From the NCBI GenBank assembly GCA_047150005.1, contig AP038806.1, positions 2,016,001 to 2,080,000 of the forward strand: a stretch of DNA of 64,000 bases. The letters are read 5' to 3'. How positions within the stretch are numbered: position 1 is the stretch's first letter; each line of letters starts with the position of its first letter. A program made the translations under genes and the position numbers. The DNA is from Nitrospira sp. (GTDB lineage: Bacteria; Nitrospirota; Nitrospiria; Nitrospirales; Nitrospiraceae). Shown in pieces: positions 21,313 to 30,783 of this stretch. The notes below the pieces were generated by a model. That model had not been told where the DNA came from. It worked only from the letters and a program-made list of their open reading frames with translations, and made no database searches.

Positions 21313-21863
21313 GAGCCTGGAGGGGGACTGCACGAGGGGCGCGACCCGTATCGGGTGGACGGCTGAGGAAACAGCAGGCGGACCTCGGACGAATCAGTGA
21401 CGTCGGCCAGCAGCCGGCTGACGGTCCGTCCCATCGTCGGATGGACGAGAAGCGGGTCCAACTCGTTCAGGGGCATCAATACGAACCGCCGCTGGTGAAG
21501 CCGCGGATGGGGGACCGTCAAGCCGGGTTCGTCGATGATGCGGTCGCCGTAGAACAGCAGATCGAGATCAATGGTGCGGGGACCGGCGCGGTCCTTCTCA
21601 TCGCGCCCGAGCGATCGTTCGATTTCCCGGAGGATGGAGAGCAGACTTTGCGGCGTGATCTCCGTTTCGAGCTGCACGACTCCGTTCAAGAACCAGCCCT
21701 CTCCGGGATTCGCGCCGTCGCAGACCGGCTCCGTTTCATACAGGAGGGACACGCCGGATACACCGCTGTGCGGCAACAAACTCAACAAGGTCACGGCGCG
21801 GTCGCAAAAGTCGACCCGGTCTCCGACATTGGACCCGAAGCCGATGTAGACCGTTTCGCTCAT
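21309..21863 (-). CDS. folK: 2-amino-4-hydroxy-6-hydroxymethyldihydropteridine diphosphokinase
   Basis: YIGFGSNVG, GPRTIDLDLL, PHPRLHQRRFVL. Confidence 0.95.
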   Translation of the reverse strand: MSETVYIGFGSNVGDRVDFCDRAVTLLSLLPHSGVSGVSLLYETEPVCDGANPGEGWFLNGVVQLETEITPQSLLSILREIERSLGRDEKDRAGPRTIDLDLLFYGDRIIDEPGLTVPHPRLHQRRFVLMPLNELDPLLVHPTMGRTVSRLLADVTDSSEVRLLFPQPSTRYGSRPSCSPPPGS

Positions 21864-21870
21864 TCAAACA

Positions 21871-21931
21871 GTTTTGAGCTTGTAGTTGTGAATTGTGAGT
21901 TTCATGAAACGCACCACTCAAGACGCACCAC
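21871..21931. repeat. heptamer-periodic imperfect inverted repeat
   Basis: TTTTGAG CTTGTAG TTGTGAA TTGTGAG / central palindrome TTTCATGAAA / ACGCACC ACTCAAG ACGCACC; starts at the dapL stop. Confidence 0.55.
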
Positions 21932-23101
21932 TTACAACTTTTTCATCCGTTCCACCGCCTCCGCCAACCGTTCTTTCGACGTGCAGACGGTCATTCGGAT
22001 ATAGCCTTCTCCTGGTGCCCCGAAACCGTTGCCCGGTGTCGTGACGATGCCGGCCTTCTCCAGCAGATGGGCCGTGAACGACGCCGAGGTGTAACCCTTC
22101 GGCACCGCCACCCAGACGTAAAAAGCGGCCGGCGGCGGATTGACCTCAAGCCCGAGCGCTTGAAGACCGGGAACCAAGGTGTCCCGCCGCTCCTGATAGA
22201 TCTTCCTGAGCGAGTCGGTCACGGAATCGTCCAATCCCAAGGCCGTGATGCCGGCCGCCTGCACGGCCTCGAATACGCCCGAATCCAGATTGCTCTTCAC
22301 CTTCCCGAGCCCGGCCAACACATCCTTGTTGCCGACCGCAAACCCGATTCGCCAGCCGGTCATGTTATAGGTCTTCGAGAGCGAGTGAAACTCCACGCCC
22401 ACATCCTTCGCCCCGTCGACCTCGAGGAAGCTCGAGGGCCGTTTCTCGTCGTAGAAGATCTCCGAGTAGGCCGCGTCATGACAGACGATGACGCGGTGTT
22501 CCTGCGCAAACTCGACGACGCGCTTGAAATAGTCTTTGGTCATGATGACGGAGGTGGGATTGTTCGGGCTGTTCAGCCACATCAGCTTTGCTTTCTTGGC
22601 GACATCCTTCGGGATCGCGTTCAGATCCGGCAGGAAGCCGTTGGCTTTCGTCAAGGGCATGATGTGTGAAACGCCGCCTGAGAAACTGGTCCCCACCGGA
22701 TAGACCGGATAGCCCGGGCTTGGTACCAAGACCACATCGCCGGGATCGACGAAGGCGAGGTGGATGTGTCCGATCCCTTCTTTGGAACCGATCAGGGTGA
22801 GGACTTCATTGGCCGGATCGAGTGAAACAGTGAAGCGCCGCTTGTACCAATCCGCGACGGCCTTCCGAAAGGCCAGCATGCCCTCGTAGGAAGGATATTG
22901 GTGGTGCTTCGGATTCTTGGCGGTCTGCGCGAGACTGTCGATAATGGGACCGGGCGTCGGCAGGTCCGGGTCGCCGATACCGAGATTGATGATGTCTACG
23001 CCGCGCGCGATCGCCTCTTGTTTCATTTTATCGATCGCGGCAAAGAGGTACGGGGGGAGTGTTTTGATACGATTGGCGACTTCGATCGGGAAACCGGCCA
23101 T
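21932..23101 (-). CDS. dapL: LL-diaminopimelate aminotransferase (class I/II PLP aminotransferase)
   Basis: LPPYLFA, GIGDPD, LIGSKEG, NNPT, DAAYSE, HSLSKTYNMTGWRIG; lysine genes nearby; substrate is inferred. Confidence 0.8.
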   Translation of the reverse strand: MAGFPIEVANRIKTLPPYLFAAIDKMKQEAIARGVDIINLGIGDPDLPTPGPIIDSLAQTAKNPKHHQYPSYEGMLAFRKAVADWYKRRFTVSLDPANEVLTLIGSKEGIGHIHLAFVDPGDVVLVPSPGYPVYPVGTSFSGGVSHIMPLTKANGFLPDLNAIPKDVAKKAKLMWLNSPNNPTSVIMTKDYFKRVVEFAQEHRVIVCHDAAYSEIFYDEKRPSSFLEVDGAKDVGVEFHSLSKTYNMTGWRIGFAVGNKDVLAGLGKVKSNLDSGVFEAVQAAGITALGLDDSVTDSLRKIYQERRDTLVPGLQALGLEVNPPPAAFYVWVAVPKGYTSASFTAHLLEKAGIVTTPGNGFGAPGEGYIRMTVCTSKERLAEAVERMKKL

Positions 23102-23181
23102 TGCTGATGCTCTCCTTTTTTACGGGCCAGAGGTCACAGGCGAAAATGAACCCCTAGACTACTAGAGGAATGATCCGGCAA

Positions 23182-23865
23182 TCAACGTGCAGAACGGAGC
23201 AATGAGCCGATCAGACTATCCGCAAACCGGTGCAGGGTGGGAAGGTGCGGCATCGCCGCGGCCGTGACCTGCTGGGCCACCATGCCGGCCCGAATCAGAT
23301 CCGAGGCGCACTCGCGACACAGCGAATCGATTCCTGCCTGTTCCATCTCCAGATGAAACAGGAGCCCATAGCCGAGGGATCCGTATCGAAAGGCCTGGAG
23401 GGGGGCGAGATCAGAGCCCGCCAACGGTGTACAGCCGTTCGGAAGGTCGAAGACCTCTCCATGCCACTCGAAGACCTCGAACGAGTCCGGCAGGGTCCTA
23501 AAGACAGGGTCAGACTTGGCTTCAGGCGTGAGTCGAATAGGCGTCATGCCGACTTCCAATGCCTTGCCCGGCCGGACCGTCGCTCCGAGCGCCTTGGCCA
23601 TGAACTGACTTCCCAGGCAGACGCCGACCACCGGCTTGCCGGAAAGAAGCGCCCTTCGAATGAAGGCGGTTTCCTCTGCAATCCAGGGATCGGAATCATT
23701 GACCGACATCGGTCCACCCATCACGATCAGCAGATCGCCGGAATCCTTCGGCAGACCATCTTGGGGCACAAGATGGCGTTCCAGGTTCACGCCTCGCGTG
23801 GCGAGGGATTTTTCAAAGGCGCCCGGGCCTTCAAACGGGACATGCTGCAAGCACACAACACGCAT
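23182..23865 (-). CDS. class I glutamine amidotransferase-like protein
   Basis: QHVPFEGPG, MGGPMS, GVCLGSQ, FHLE; SD GGAGG. Confidence 0.9.
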   Translation of the reverse strand: MRVVCLQHVPFEGPGAFEKSLATRGVNLERHLVPQDGLPKDSGDLLIVMGGPMSVNDSDPWIAEETAFIRRALLSGKPVVGVCLGSQFMAKALGATVRPGKALEVGMTPIRLTPEAKSDPVFRTLPDSFEVFEWHGEVFDLPNGCTPLAGSDLAPLQAFRYGSLGYGLLFHLEMEQAGIDSLCRECASDLIRAGMVAQQVTAAAMPHLPTLHRFADSLIGSLLRSAR

Positions 23866-23983
23866 TGACACCTCCAGACAATCGAATTAGGCTCTCTGCC
23901 GAATGAGGAATGTCATGGTTCAGGTGGTGACGCCAACGTAGAGAGAGTCTCTTCACGTAGAATTATGGTCTGTCCCCTGGTTT

Positions 23984-24499
23984 ATGGGCGATGTGAGGTG
24001 GGTCTTGCAAGAGCACGATCTGGAGTGGTTGGTTCGCAATCGTTCGATGATCCAAGGCCTTTTGCTCGAACTCTGGAAGGAATTTCCGGAAGCGCCCTCG
24101 GCCGGCTCGAAACCCGGTACGGTCCTCCAATTGCTGGTCGGCGCGACGTTTTCTCTCTGGCGCGCGGCCTTTCTCGCCGAGAGTCCCCGTGATTGGCAGG
24201 AACATGCCAGCCATGCGAAGAAATTTCTGAGCATCGTCGTCAAAGATAATGCCATTACCTATTCACAAGAACGCGAAGCCCGTTTTTGGACTGTAGGATA
24301 CTACTTGAACAATGCATTTCTGCGATTAGAAATGGCCTATCGGGCGCTCGACCATCACACGGCCTTAAGAGAAGAAGTGACGGATTTCCTGAAGCAGCAA
24401 ATGGTTCTGGCTGAATTCTCAACGGATCCGAGAAAACCATGGGACTTGGCGCATAGCGTGGCTCGCGAACTGTTAAAAGAAGCCCGTCAGCGCTGGTAG
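23984..24499 (+). CDS. hypothetical helical protein
   Basis: 171-aa ORF with protein-like composition filling the gap; visibly more AT-rich than its neighbours. Confidence 0.65.
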   Translation: MGDVRWVLQEHDLEWLVRNRSMIQGLLLELWKEFPEAPSAGSKPGTVLQLLVGATFSLWRAAFLAESPRDWQEHASHAKKFLSIVVKDNAITYSQEREARFWTVGYYLNNAFLRLEMAYRALDHHTALREEVTDFLKQQMVLAEFSTDPRKPWDLAHSVARELLKEARQRW

Positions 24500-24524
24500 A
24501 CAACAAGCCGACACCTATCTTTTC

Positions 24525-25043
24525 ATGTTTGCAAGACTTCGCGCCGTTCAGGCCGATATCACGACATTGTCGGTCGATGCGATCGTGAATGCCGCCAACT
24601 CGACATTACTCGGCGGTGGAGGAGTGGATGGCGCAATCCATCGTGCGGCCGGCCCTGAGTTATTGACTGAGTGCCGGCTTCTAGGCGGTTGCCGGACGGG
24701 TGATGCGAAACTGACGAAAGGCCACCGCCTACCGGCCCGCTACATCATCCATACTGTCGGACCGGTCTGGCGCGGTGGAACGGATGGTGAGCCAGCTCTA
24801 CTGAGGTCCTGCTATCGTCGTTCACTTGAGATTGCGGCAGCGAATGGGATTGCCAGCCTAGCCTTTCCGAGCATCAGCACCGGCGTCTACGGATACCCCA
24901 TCGAGTTGGCGGCTGAGGCGGTTACCATCACGGTCCGAGCCACCCTCTCGGAATTCGTCTCAATTCGTGAAGTGGTCTTCTGCTGCTTTTCCGCCGATGA
25001 TGTGGCGGTGTACGAAAAGCATCTCCATGCGCACGTTCTCTGA
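24525..25043 (+). CDS. ymdB: macrodomain O-acetyl-ADP-ribose deacetylase
   Basis: [35 protein letters not shown]. Confidence 0.92.
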   Translation: MFARLRAVQADITTLSVDAIVNAANSTLLGGGGVDGAIHRAAGPELLTECRLLGGCRTGDAKLTKGHRLPARYIIHTVGPVWRGGTDGEPALLRSCYRRSLEIAAANGIASLAFPSISTGVYGYPIELAAEAVTITVRATLSEFVSIREVVFCCFSADDVAVYEKHLHAHVL

Positions 25044-25127
25044 GCCTCACCTGCGTGGTCATGCGTTTCGGCAGGATGAAAGTCGAACCGGAGCCTTCTC
25101 TGAGCTGCTCAATGGAGGGCCCAGCCA

Positions 25128-25835
25128 ATGCCGGAATTTCGGTACCGGATATGGAAACCCAAAGGCGCAGAAGGCAGGCTCCCGGTCCTCTATCTCTTGC
25201 ATGGCAGCGGGGCGGAAGATGACGAGAGCACCTGGCTCAGAGAAGGTCGGGGAAACCTGCCTGTCACCCTGGAGCGGCTTGTCGCAGGCAAGACTGTTCC
25301 CTCGATCGCCGTCGTGACGCCGTTCGGTCGTCCGGCCGACGTTCGCATCGGACAGTGGGGATTTCCCGAAATCGAAGGATTTCATGCCTATGTCCTTGCG
25401 CTCATCCGGGCCGTGGAGTCAGATCCCGCCTTGTCGATCCGCACCGATCGAGCCGGACGAGCCATTGCAGGACTGTCGATGGGAGGGTGGCAAGCGATTG
25501 CGATCTTCCTCCGGTCTCCCGAAATGTTTTCCGCCGTCGGGAACTTCAGCGGAACCGTGCAAATGGGCTTTAACTCGTCGGCCCAACCGCAAACCTTCAA
25601 CCGGCCGCTCCGCCCGGAGCAGGTTCTTGGCTTGAGCGTCTTCTATCACACGTGCGGTCGACAGGATCAGCGCTTCTATGACTCGAACGTGGCATTCGTC
25701 GCCGAGCTTGATGCGGCCGGCATCTCAAACACGCATGATTTTCCCGATGGCGCTCATGACTGGCCGTTCTGGCAGCGTTCGCTTGAACGATTCGCAAAAT
25801 GTCTCGGCGCATCCGGCTGGGGAACTGTGCGGTGA
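25128..25835 (+). CDS. putative esterase (alpha/beta hydrolase)
   Basis: PVLYLLHG, GLSMGG nucleophile elbow, GAHDWPFW. Confidence 0.85.
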   Translation: MPEFRYRIWKPKGAEGRLPVLYLLHGSGAEDDESTWLREGRGNLPVTLERLVAGKTVPSIAVVTPFGRPADVRIGQWGFPEIEGFHAYVLALIRAVESDPALSIRTDRAGRAIAGLSMGGWQAIAIFLRSPEMFSAVGNFSGTVQMGFNSSAQPQTFNRPLRPEQVLGLSVFYHTCGRQDQRFYDSNVAFVAELDAAGISNTHDFPDGAHDWPFWQRSLERFAKCLGASGWGTVR

Positions 25836-25991
25836 TGGTCTTGTCGGCAGTGATCCGAAGAAGCTGCGTTCAGAATCAGTGAAGTTATGGCTTGAATTGG
25901 CCGCCGCACGACGCAGATAATAATCGTTTCGCTCATACGCTTTTTCTTCGCCGACTAGCCCTCCATCTCCCGCTGCGTTACAATTCCCGTC

Positions 25992-26834
25992 ATGAAGACC
26001 TCGGTCAAGAATGTGGAGGATCTGCGTTGGCTGATGGGCCACACCGGTGGATTCCGGGGCGGCTACGTCACGGACGTCCAGATGTCCAAGAGACGGCTGT
26101 TCGACGAAGGATCCGCGCGGGACGTGTTGGCCGACAACACCGTCACGGTCGTGGTGCGCTATCGGCTTCGCCAGATGGAACGTGTGGCGAAGCTGACGAT
26201 GACGGGGGTCACCGACTTTTCGATTTTCGAGCAGGAAGGCGCGGACTGTTCGTCCCTGAGTGTGATCCAGGCGGAATGCACCGCCGGGAAATTGCGGTTT
26301 TGGTTCGATCCGCAGGGCGAACTGTATGTCGTGTGCGATGAAGCTCAGTTTGAGGAAGTGGCGGCCCCGTTTCGCGACGAAGACGTTCGCGACCAACCGG
26401 TGCAATGGACGTTTCAAAGTTCGGTCGCCGATTGGCCGACGGTGGAATGGCTCCTAAAGGGGCTGGACGGGTCCGGCTTGCCTTGCACCTGGAAGAAGAG
26501 CAAGGCTCCGAGCCGGTGGCTGGGGACTGTTCAGTGGGAAGGGGATCTCCTGCCGGATGTTGGGCACGAGCAGTCGGATTGCGGTCGTGTCCACGCCATG
26601 CTGTACGGCCCGATCGACGGTCCGGGGTTTGGAATCGTGCTGCACATGGCAGGAACGCAAAGCCGTGCGGCCTGCCGGATCCTTTCCTGTGCGGCGGATC
26701 TGCTGGTGCGGCATTTCTCCGGCCGATGCCTCGTGGGTAACACGATCATCCCCGGCGGCGATTGGTTAAATTGGAAATCGTTGGAGCATCGGCGCTGGAC
26801 AGCGACCGAACAGATCGAAGAAGAGAATTCGTGA
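25992..26834 (+). CDS. hypothetical protein
   Basis: 280-aa ORF with typical codon usage; TACAAT 7 nt before ATG. Confidence 0.75.
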   Translation: MKTSVKNVEDLRWLMGHTGGFRGGYVTDVQMSKRRLFDEGSARDVLADNTVTVVVRYRLRQMERVAKLTMTGVTDFSIFEQEGADCSSLSVIQAECTAGKLRFWFDPQGELYVVCDEAQFEEVAAPFRDEDVRDQPVQWTFQSSVADWPTVEWLLKGLDGSGLPCTWKKSKAPSRWLGTVQWEGDLLPDVGHEQSDCGRVHAMLYGPIDGPGFGIVLHMAGTQSRAACRILSCAADLLVRHFSGRCLVGNTIIPGGDWLNWKSLEHRRWTATEQIEEENS

Positions 26835-26862
26835 GCGGCGGTATGCGAGGCAACCGACCGGG

Positions 26863-27573
26863 TCAGGCAAGAGCTTCTTCGCTGGAATGCCCCGTCGCGT
26901 GACTTTCGTTGTGTGAGAAGATCGTCGTTCCGTTCATGTGGGTCATGCCGGTCTCATTCTTCCGGTTCACGCATTCGACCAACGCCCAGAAGTGAAGTGG
27001 ATTGACGTTCTGCTTGCGGGTGACGTGGAGGTTCGTGCCTTCCAGTACCGTGTGCAAGGCCAGGTCCGTGCGCCATCCGAGGTGCTTGGTCAACGGCGAA
27101 ATCACCTTTTCCACCGCCGCAATCACCTTGTTGCCGTTGCTGAAATGATTGAGCATGATGATGCGCCCGCCGGGCCGGCAGACGCGAATCATTTCATTGA
27201 CCACTTTTCGATGATCGGGGACGGCGGTCACCACGTAGGCGGCGACGACGGTATCGAAACTGTCGTCCTCGAATTCCATGGCGCCGGCGTCCATACGGTG
27301 TAGGGTGACGTGGTCCATGTGGTGTTCGAGGGCACGCTTCTTGGCGACGTCCAACATGCCTTCGGAGAAATCGATACCGACGATCTGACAGTGACGAGGA
27401 TACATGGGGAGGGCCAGGCCGGTTCCGACGCCGACTTCGAGAATGCGTTCGTGCGGCTGGACATTCAGGTTGCGGATGGCGGATTCACGTCCCTCGTGGA
27501 ACACTTTCCCGAAAATCTTGTCGTAGACTCCGGCATAGGACGTATATACCCGCTCGATCTTATGCAAATCCAT
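26863..27573 (-). CDS. class I SAM methyltransferase (phosphatidylethanolamine N-methyltransferase-like)
   Basis: YDKIFG, LEVGVGTG, CRPGG, LNHF; SD GGAGG before MDLHK. Confidence 0.85.
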   Translation of the reverse strand: MDLHKIERVYTSYAGVYDKIFGKVFHEGRESAIRNLNVQPHERILEVGVGTGLALPMYPRHCQIVGIDFSEGMLDVAKKRALEHHMDHVTLHRMDAGAMEFEDDSFDTVVAAYVVTAVPDHRKVVNEMIRVCRPGGRIIMLNHFSNGNKVIAAVEKVISPLTKHLGWRTDLALHTVLEGTNLHVTRKQNVNPLHFWALVECVNRKNETGMTHMNGTTIFSHNESHATGHSSEEALA

Positions 27574-27853
27574 AGTTCCTCCAACCCAGACATCATGTGT
27601 CCTGCCCACTGCTGGGGCAGGAGGCGATTGCATCAGAATTCAGTGGAGTCTGTCGTTATGACGGCGGAGCGCCTGGAAAATGAAGCGAGGGACCCGCCTG
27701 AATCAAAGCAGGCGTACCATATCCAACTCGCGCGATTGAGTCAACACAATCTTCGCTCCGAGCCAGCCATCCGGTCATCTGATCATCCGATTCTGCAGTC
27801 GGCGGTCCCCCGGACTTGATTCAGCGGCAGACGCTGTGGGATAGGTACGGTCC

Positions 27854-28471
27854 ATGGTGCTGGCTGGCCTCTTCGCCGGGGTGCTCTGCCTCGGATTGAT
27901 TCTCGGAGACTGGCTCTACTTCGTCCGGTTGACGCCCGATGCGATCCGCTACGGCTGCGGGATCGCGCGCAGCCTGGATCAGTTGCCCACGGATCGGGTC
28001 GTTCGGCTGAGTCGGCGGTTCGATTCGGACGGAGTGCTCTCACTCCCGCACGGGATCGCCCGGTATTATCCGGAGCTGGGTCAGATCGCGATCCGTCCTC
28101 AATACCATCTCTTTTCCATGGGTTTCCGTACCGCCTGGCCCCTGAAAGGCCTGATTCATCTGTCCTCCGAGGCCCCGCAATATACCGCCGTCTGCGTCAA
28201 GCGAATCCCATGGTCGTCCGCCATCATCACCCTGGTCTGGTTTCTGCTCGTGAGCCTCGGGACCGCGTCATTTCTGGTGACCTATGCGCTGCAGGGCGGA
28301 TTCAATTCCCTCGCCGGCCTGCTCATGGGGACGGGCATTCTCGGAATCGGCCTGCTCGTCATGGCCTTCGGCGCCGCGACGGTGGTGTTTTCCTACCGGC
28401 TGGAAAACAGCCGTCTGATGAAGGTGTACGGCGAACTGCAGGACGTCGCCGAGGATTCCCTCACGATGTGA
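27854..28471 (+). CDS. hypothetical membrane protein
   Basis: About three hydrophobic segments. Confidence 0.75.
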   Translation: MVLAGLFAGVLCLGLILGDWLYFVRLTPDAIRYGCGIARSLDQLPTDRVVRLSRRFDSDGVLSLPHGIARYYPELGQIAIRPQYHLFSMGFRTAWPLKGLIHLSSEAPQYTAVCVKRIPWSSAIITLVWFLLVSLGTASFLVTYALQGGFNSLAGLLMGTGILGIGLLVMAFGAATVVFSYRLENSRLMKVYGELQDVAEDSLTM

Positions 28472-28805
28472 AGAGGCTCAGAAGCTGGTCGTACTCCGTT
28501 GGGAGATCGACGGCTGCCCGGTCGCGGGCCAACCCGGCGATGATGCCGCGGTGCTTTTTGCTAAGGCCGGAAGCCTCGAATGCCAGGCGGAACTGCGACC
28601 ACTTCAAGGTCGGATCCGCCGCAACGCGGGCCTGTTCGTCTTTCGAAAGCGCGTGAAGAGTTGCGGTGAGCGTTCGAAGCGCCTTTTCCACGCTTTCATA
28701 GGGGGGCGCGAGCTTCAGCCGCCCATAAAACGTCTCCAGATGAGAGCGGAACTCCTCTCGGAGCTGGTGAATCGACGGCGACGGGGAAAGCGATGGGTCC
28801 GACAT
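28461..28805 (-). CDS. hypothetical protein
   Basis: Helical ORF; start uncertain. Confidence 0.7.
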   Translation of the reverse strand: MSDPSLSPSPSIHQLREEFRSHLETFYGRLKLAPPYESVEKALRTLTATLHALSKDEQARVAADPTLKWSQFRLAFEASGLSKKHRGIIAGLARDRAAVDLPTEYDQLLSLFTS

Positions 28806-28890
28806 CGGTGACGCCGATGATACGGTATGATGGCTCATGGTGACAACGGTCCAGAGAGGACCCATTGGGATATTCATTGGGAGGTTTTCC

Positions 28891-29376
28891 ATGCGGGAAG
28901 CGAAGTGGGCGATCTGGTGCTTGGTCGGATTGGCGGCCTTGAGCGGGTGTTCGGCCGCGAGACACCATCACGGCATGATGGACTATGGCAAGGGCGAGGC
29001 CTATTGGCAGAAAGGCCAGCAGGAGATGGCGGCGTTGGTCGATCGGACGGTCAAGGATCAGGACAAGGCCAAGCAGGTCAAGGCCATTGTCGGTGACATC
29101 GTCGCCGAGCTCAAGGCGGGACGCGAGCAGGAACGTGCGTACCATCGCCAACTCTACGCGCTGAATGCGAACTATACGGCTGCGCCCGAAGAGTTCATGA
29201 AGATTCTGGACGATGCCAGCAATCAACGGATGCGCACCGCGACGACGATTCTTGGCCAGAGATTCAAGATGAAGGAATTGATGACGGCCGATGAATGGAA
29301 AACGCTGGCCGATCAGATGCTGGCCCATAGTAGCCGATACCAGCACGACGGTACCGGAGCGAAGACGGGCTACTAA
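28891..29376 (+). CDS. helical lipoprotein
   Basis: Lipobox LSGC; SD GGAGG; loosely Spy/CpxP-like helical composition. Confidence 0.75.
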   Translation: MREAKWAIWCLVGLAALSGCSAARHHHGMMDYGKGEAYWQKGQQEMAALVDRTVKDQDKAKQVKAIVGDIVAELKAGREQERAYHRQLYALNANYTAAPEEFMKILDDASNQRMRTATTILGQRFKMKELMTADEWKTLADQMLAHSSRYQHDGTGAKTGY

Positions 29377-29383
29377 AGAGCAA

Positions 29384-29445
29384 GTGAAGCGTATCTCGTG
29401 AAGCGTCGTTCGCTTGCGAGATACGAAATGCGAACGACGAGATAC
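29384..29445. repeat. heptamer-built inverted repeat (CGAGATA/CGAACGA family), copy 1
   Basis: GTGAAGC GTATCTC GTGAAGC GTCGTTC ... CGAGATA CGAAATG CGAACGA CGAGATA between convergent genes. Confidence 0.8.
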
Positions 29446-29449
29446 TCCG

Positions 29450-30487
29450 CTAGTTCCGGGCTGGCGCGGTCGTGAGAGGCAGGGGCGTCCAGGTGACGCC
29501 CGCATCCGTGGAGCGATACAACCCGCTGCCGTTCGTGCCGGCGTAGAGCGTCTGGGCGTTCTGCGGTGAGAGGGCCAATGCCCGTATGTTCAGCGTGGCC
29601 AGCCCCTGATTCATGGCCTGCCAGGTGGTACCGCTGTCCGTGGTTTTCCAGACGCCGCCGGGGCCTCCGATGAACAGCACCGAGGGCTGCGTCGGATGGA
29701 TTACGATGCTGCTGACGAACGGGTCCGGTAGGGATTGCCCGATCCGTTCCCAGGAGGTGCCCTTGTTCGCGGTGCGAAAGAGTCCTTTGGTCGTGCCGGC
29801 GTAGACGATGTCGGGATTCGTCCTGTCGATCTCGATCGCATTGACGCCCAAAGCCATCGAGGCCATCAGTTCGCTCTCCGGGATCAGGCCGTTGTTGACC
29901 TTCTTCCACGACATCGCGCCGTCGTCCGAACGGTAGATGCCGCCGGTGGTTCCTCCATAGAGAATCGTCGGATCTCTTGGGTTGATGGCGATCGCGGTCA
30001 CGATATGGACTTCCTTCATGCCATTCATGCGCTCTTCCCACTCGCGGCCCGCGTCTTTCGTGTAGAAGGCGCCGACCGTCGTGGCCGCGTAGATTTTCTC
30101 GCTCAGCGCCGGATGAAACACGAACTGATTCACGAACGAGACATGTTCCTTCAGTCCGACGTTATGAGGCAGCCAGTGCTGTCCGCCGTCGGGACTCTTG
30201 TACACTGCGTCTCCCATGGTGCCGGCGTACACCGTGGCGGGCAGCTGCGGATCGAGGACCACCGTCGTCACGCGCCTGGCGCTGAAACTTGGGAAACGTT
30301 CCCAGAGCCGGCCGCCGTCGCGGGTTTTATAGACGGCGTCGTTGGTGGCGACGTAGAGAATGTTGGAGTTGGTCGGATGGAGCGCGATTGAGACGATCGC
30401 CTCGCTGTCTTTCTGGCAGCCGGTCATGCAGAAGATGAGCGGAAGGATGACTGGGAACAGCGGCGACATGCGAGGGGTGAGGCGCAT
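29450..30487 (-). CDS. BNR/Asp-box beta-propeller lipoprotein (Ycf48/VPS10-like)
   Basis: Repeated (K/R)(S/T)xDGGxxW Asp-boxes; lipobox-like MTGC. Confidence 0.88.
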   Translation of the reverse strand: MRLTPRMSPLFPVILPLIFCMTGCQKDSEAIVSIALHPTNSNILYVATNDAVYKTRDGGRLWERFPSFSARRVTTVVLDPQLPATVYAGTMGDAVYKSPDGGQHWLPHNVGLKEHVSFVNQFVFHPALSEKIYAATTVGAFYTKDAGREWEERMNGMKEVHIVTAIAINPRDPTILYGGTTGGIYRSDDGAMSWKKVNNGLIPESELMASMALGVNAIEIDRTNPDIVYAGTTKGLFRTANKGTSWERIGQSLPDPFVSSIVIHPTQPSVLFIGGPGGVWKTTDSGTTWQAMNQGLATLNIRALALSPQNAQTLYAGTNGSGLYRSTDAGVTWTPLPLTTAPARN

Positions 30488-30783
30488 GGTGGTAGGGGCA
30501 GACGTAACCACAGGGGAAGAGGGGAGTCAAGGGAAGGGAGGAAGGTCTGCGGCCTTCGCTGAAGCCCGGGCCTTGCTGACTGACTGTCAGCTACGCGTGG
30601 GTGTGGCTCGCTACTTTCGCTTCAGGCCAGTGGCTGGTTGGTCGCCTTCAGCGTCGCAGCCGAGCGATGACGACACTGCGGTTGTACGTCTCGCCGGAGC
30701 CCAAGCAGTGATCATCATCTCATGCTTAGTGTGGTCGCACCGACGCGCCTGGAACAGGTAGGACGCCGTTTTCGGCTAAGCTC

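Noticed and set aside
27766..27789. Three 8-nt units GCCATCCG GTCATCTG ATCATCCG
   Set aside because: Too short and degenerate, with no inverted arm
30530..30780. Possible small ORF (MMITAWAPARR..., 35 aa, minus strand) or ncRNA
   Set aside because: No SD, motif or recognisable RNA family
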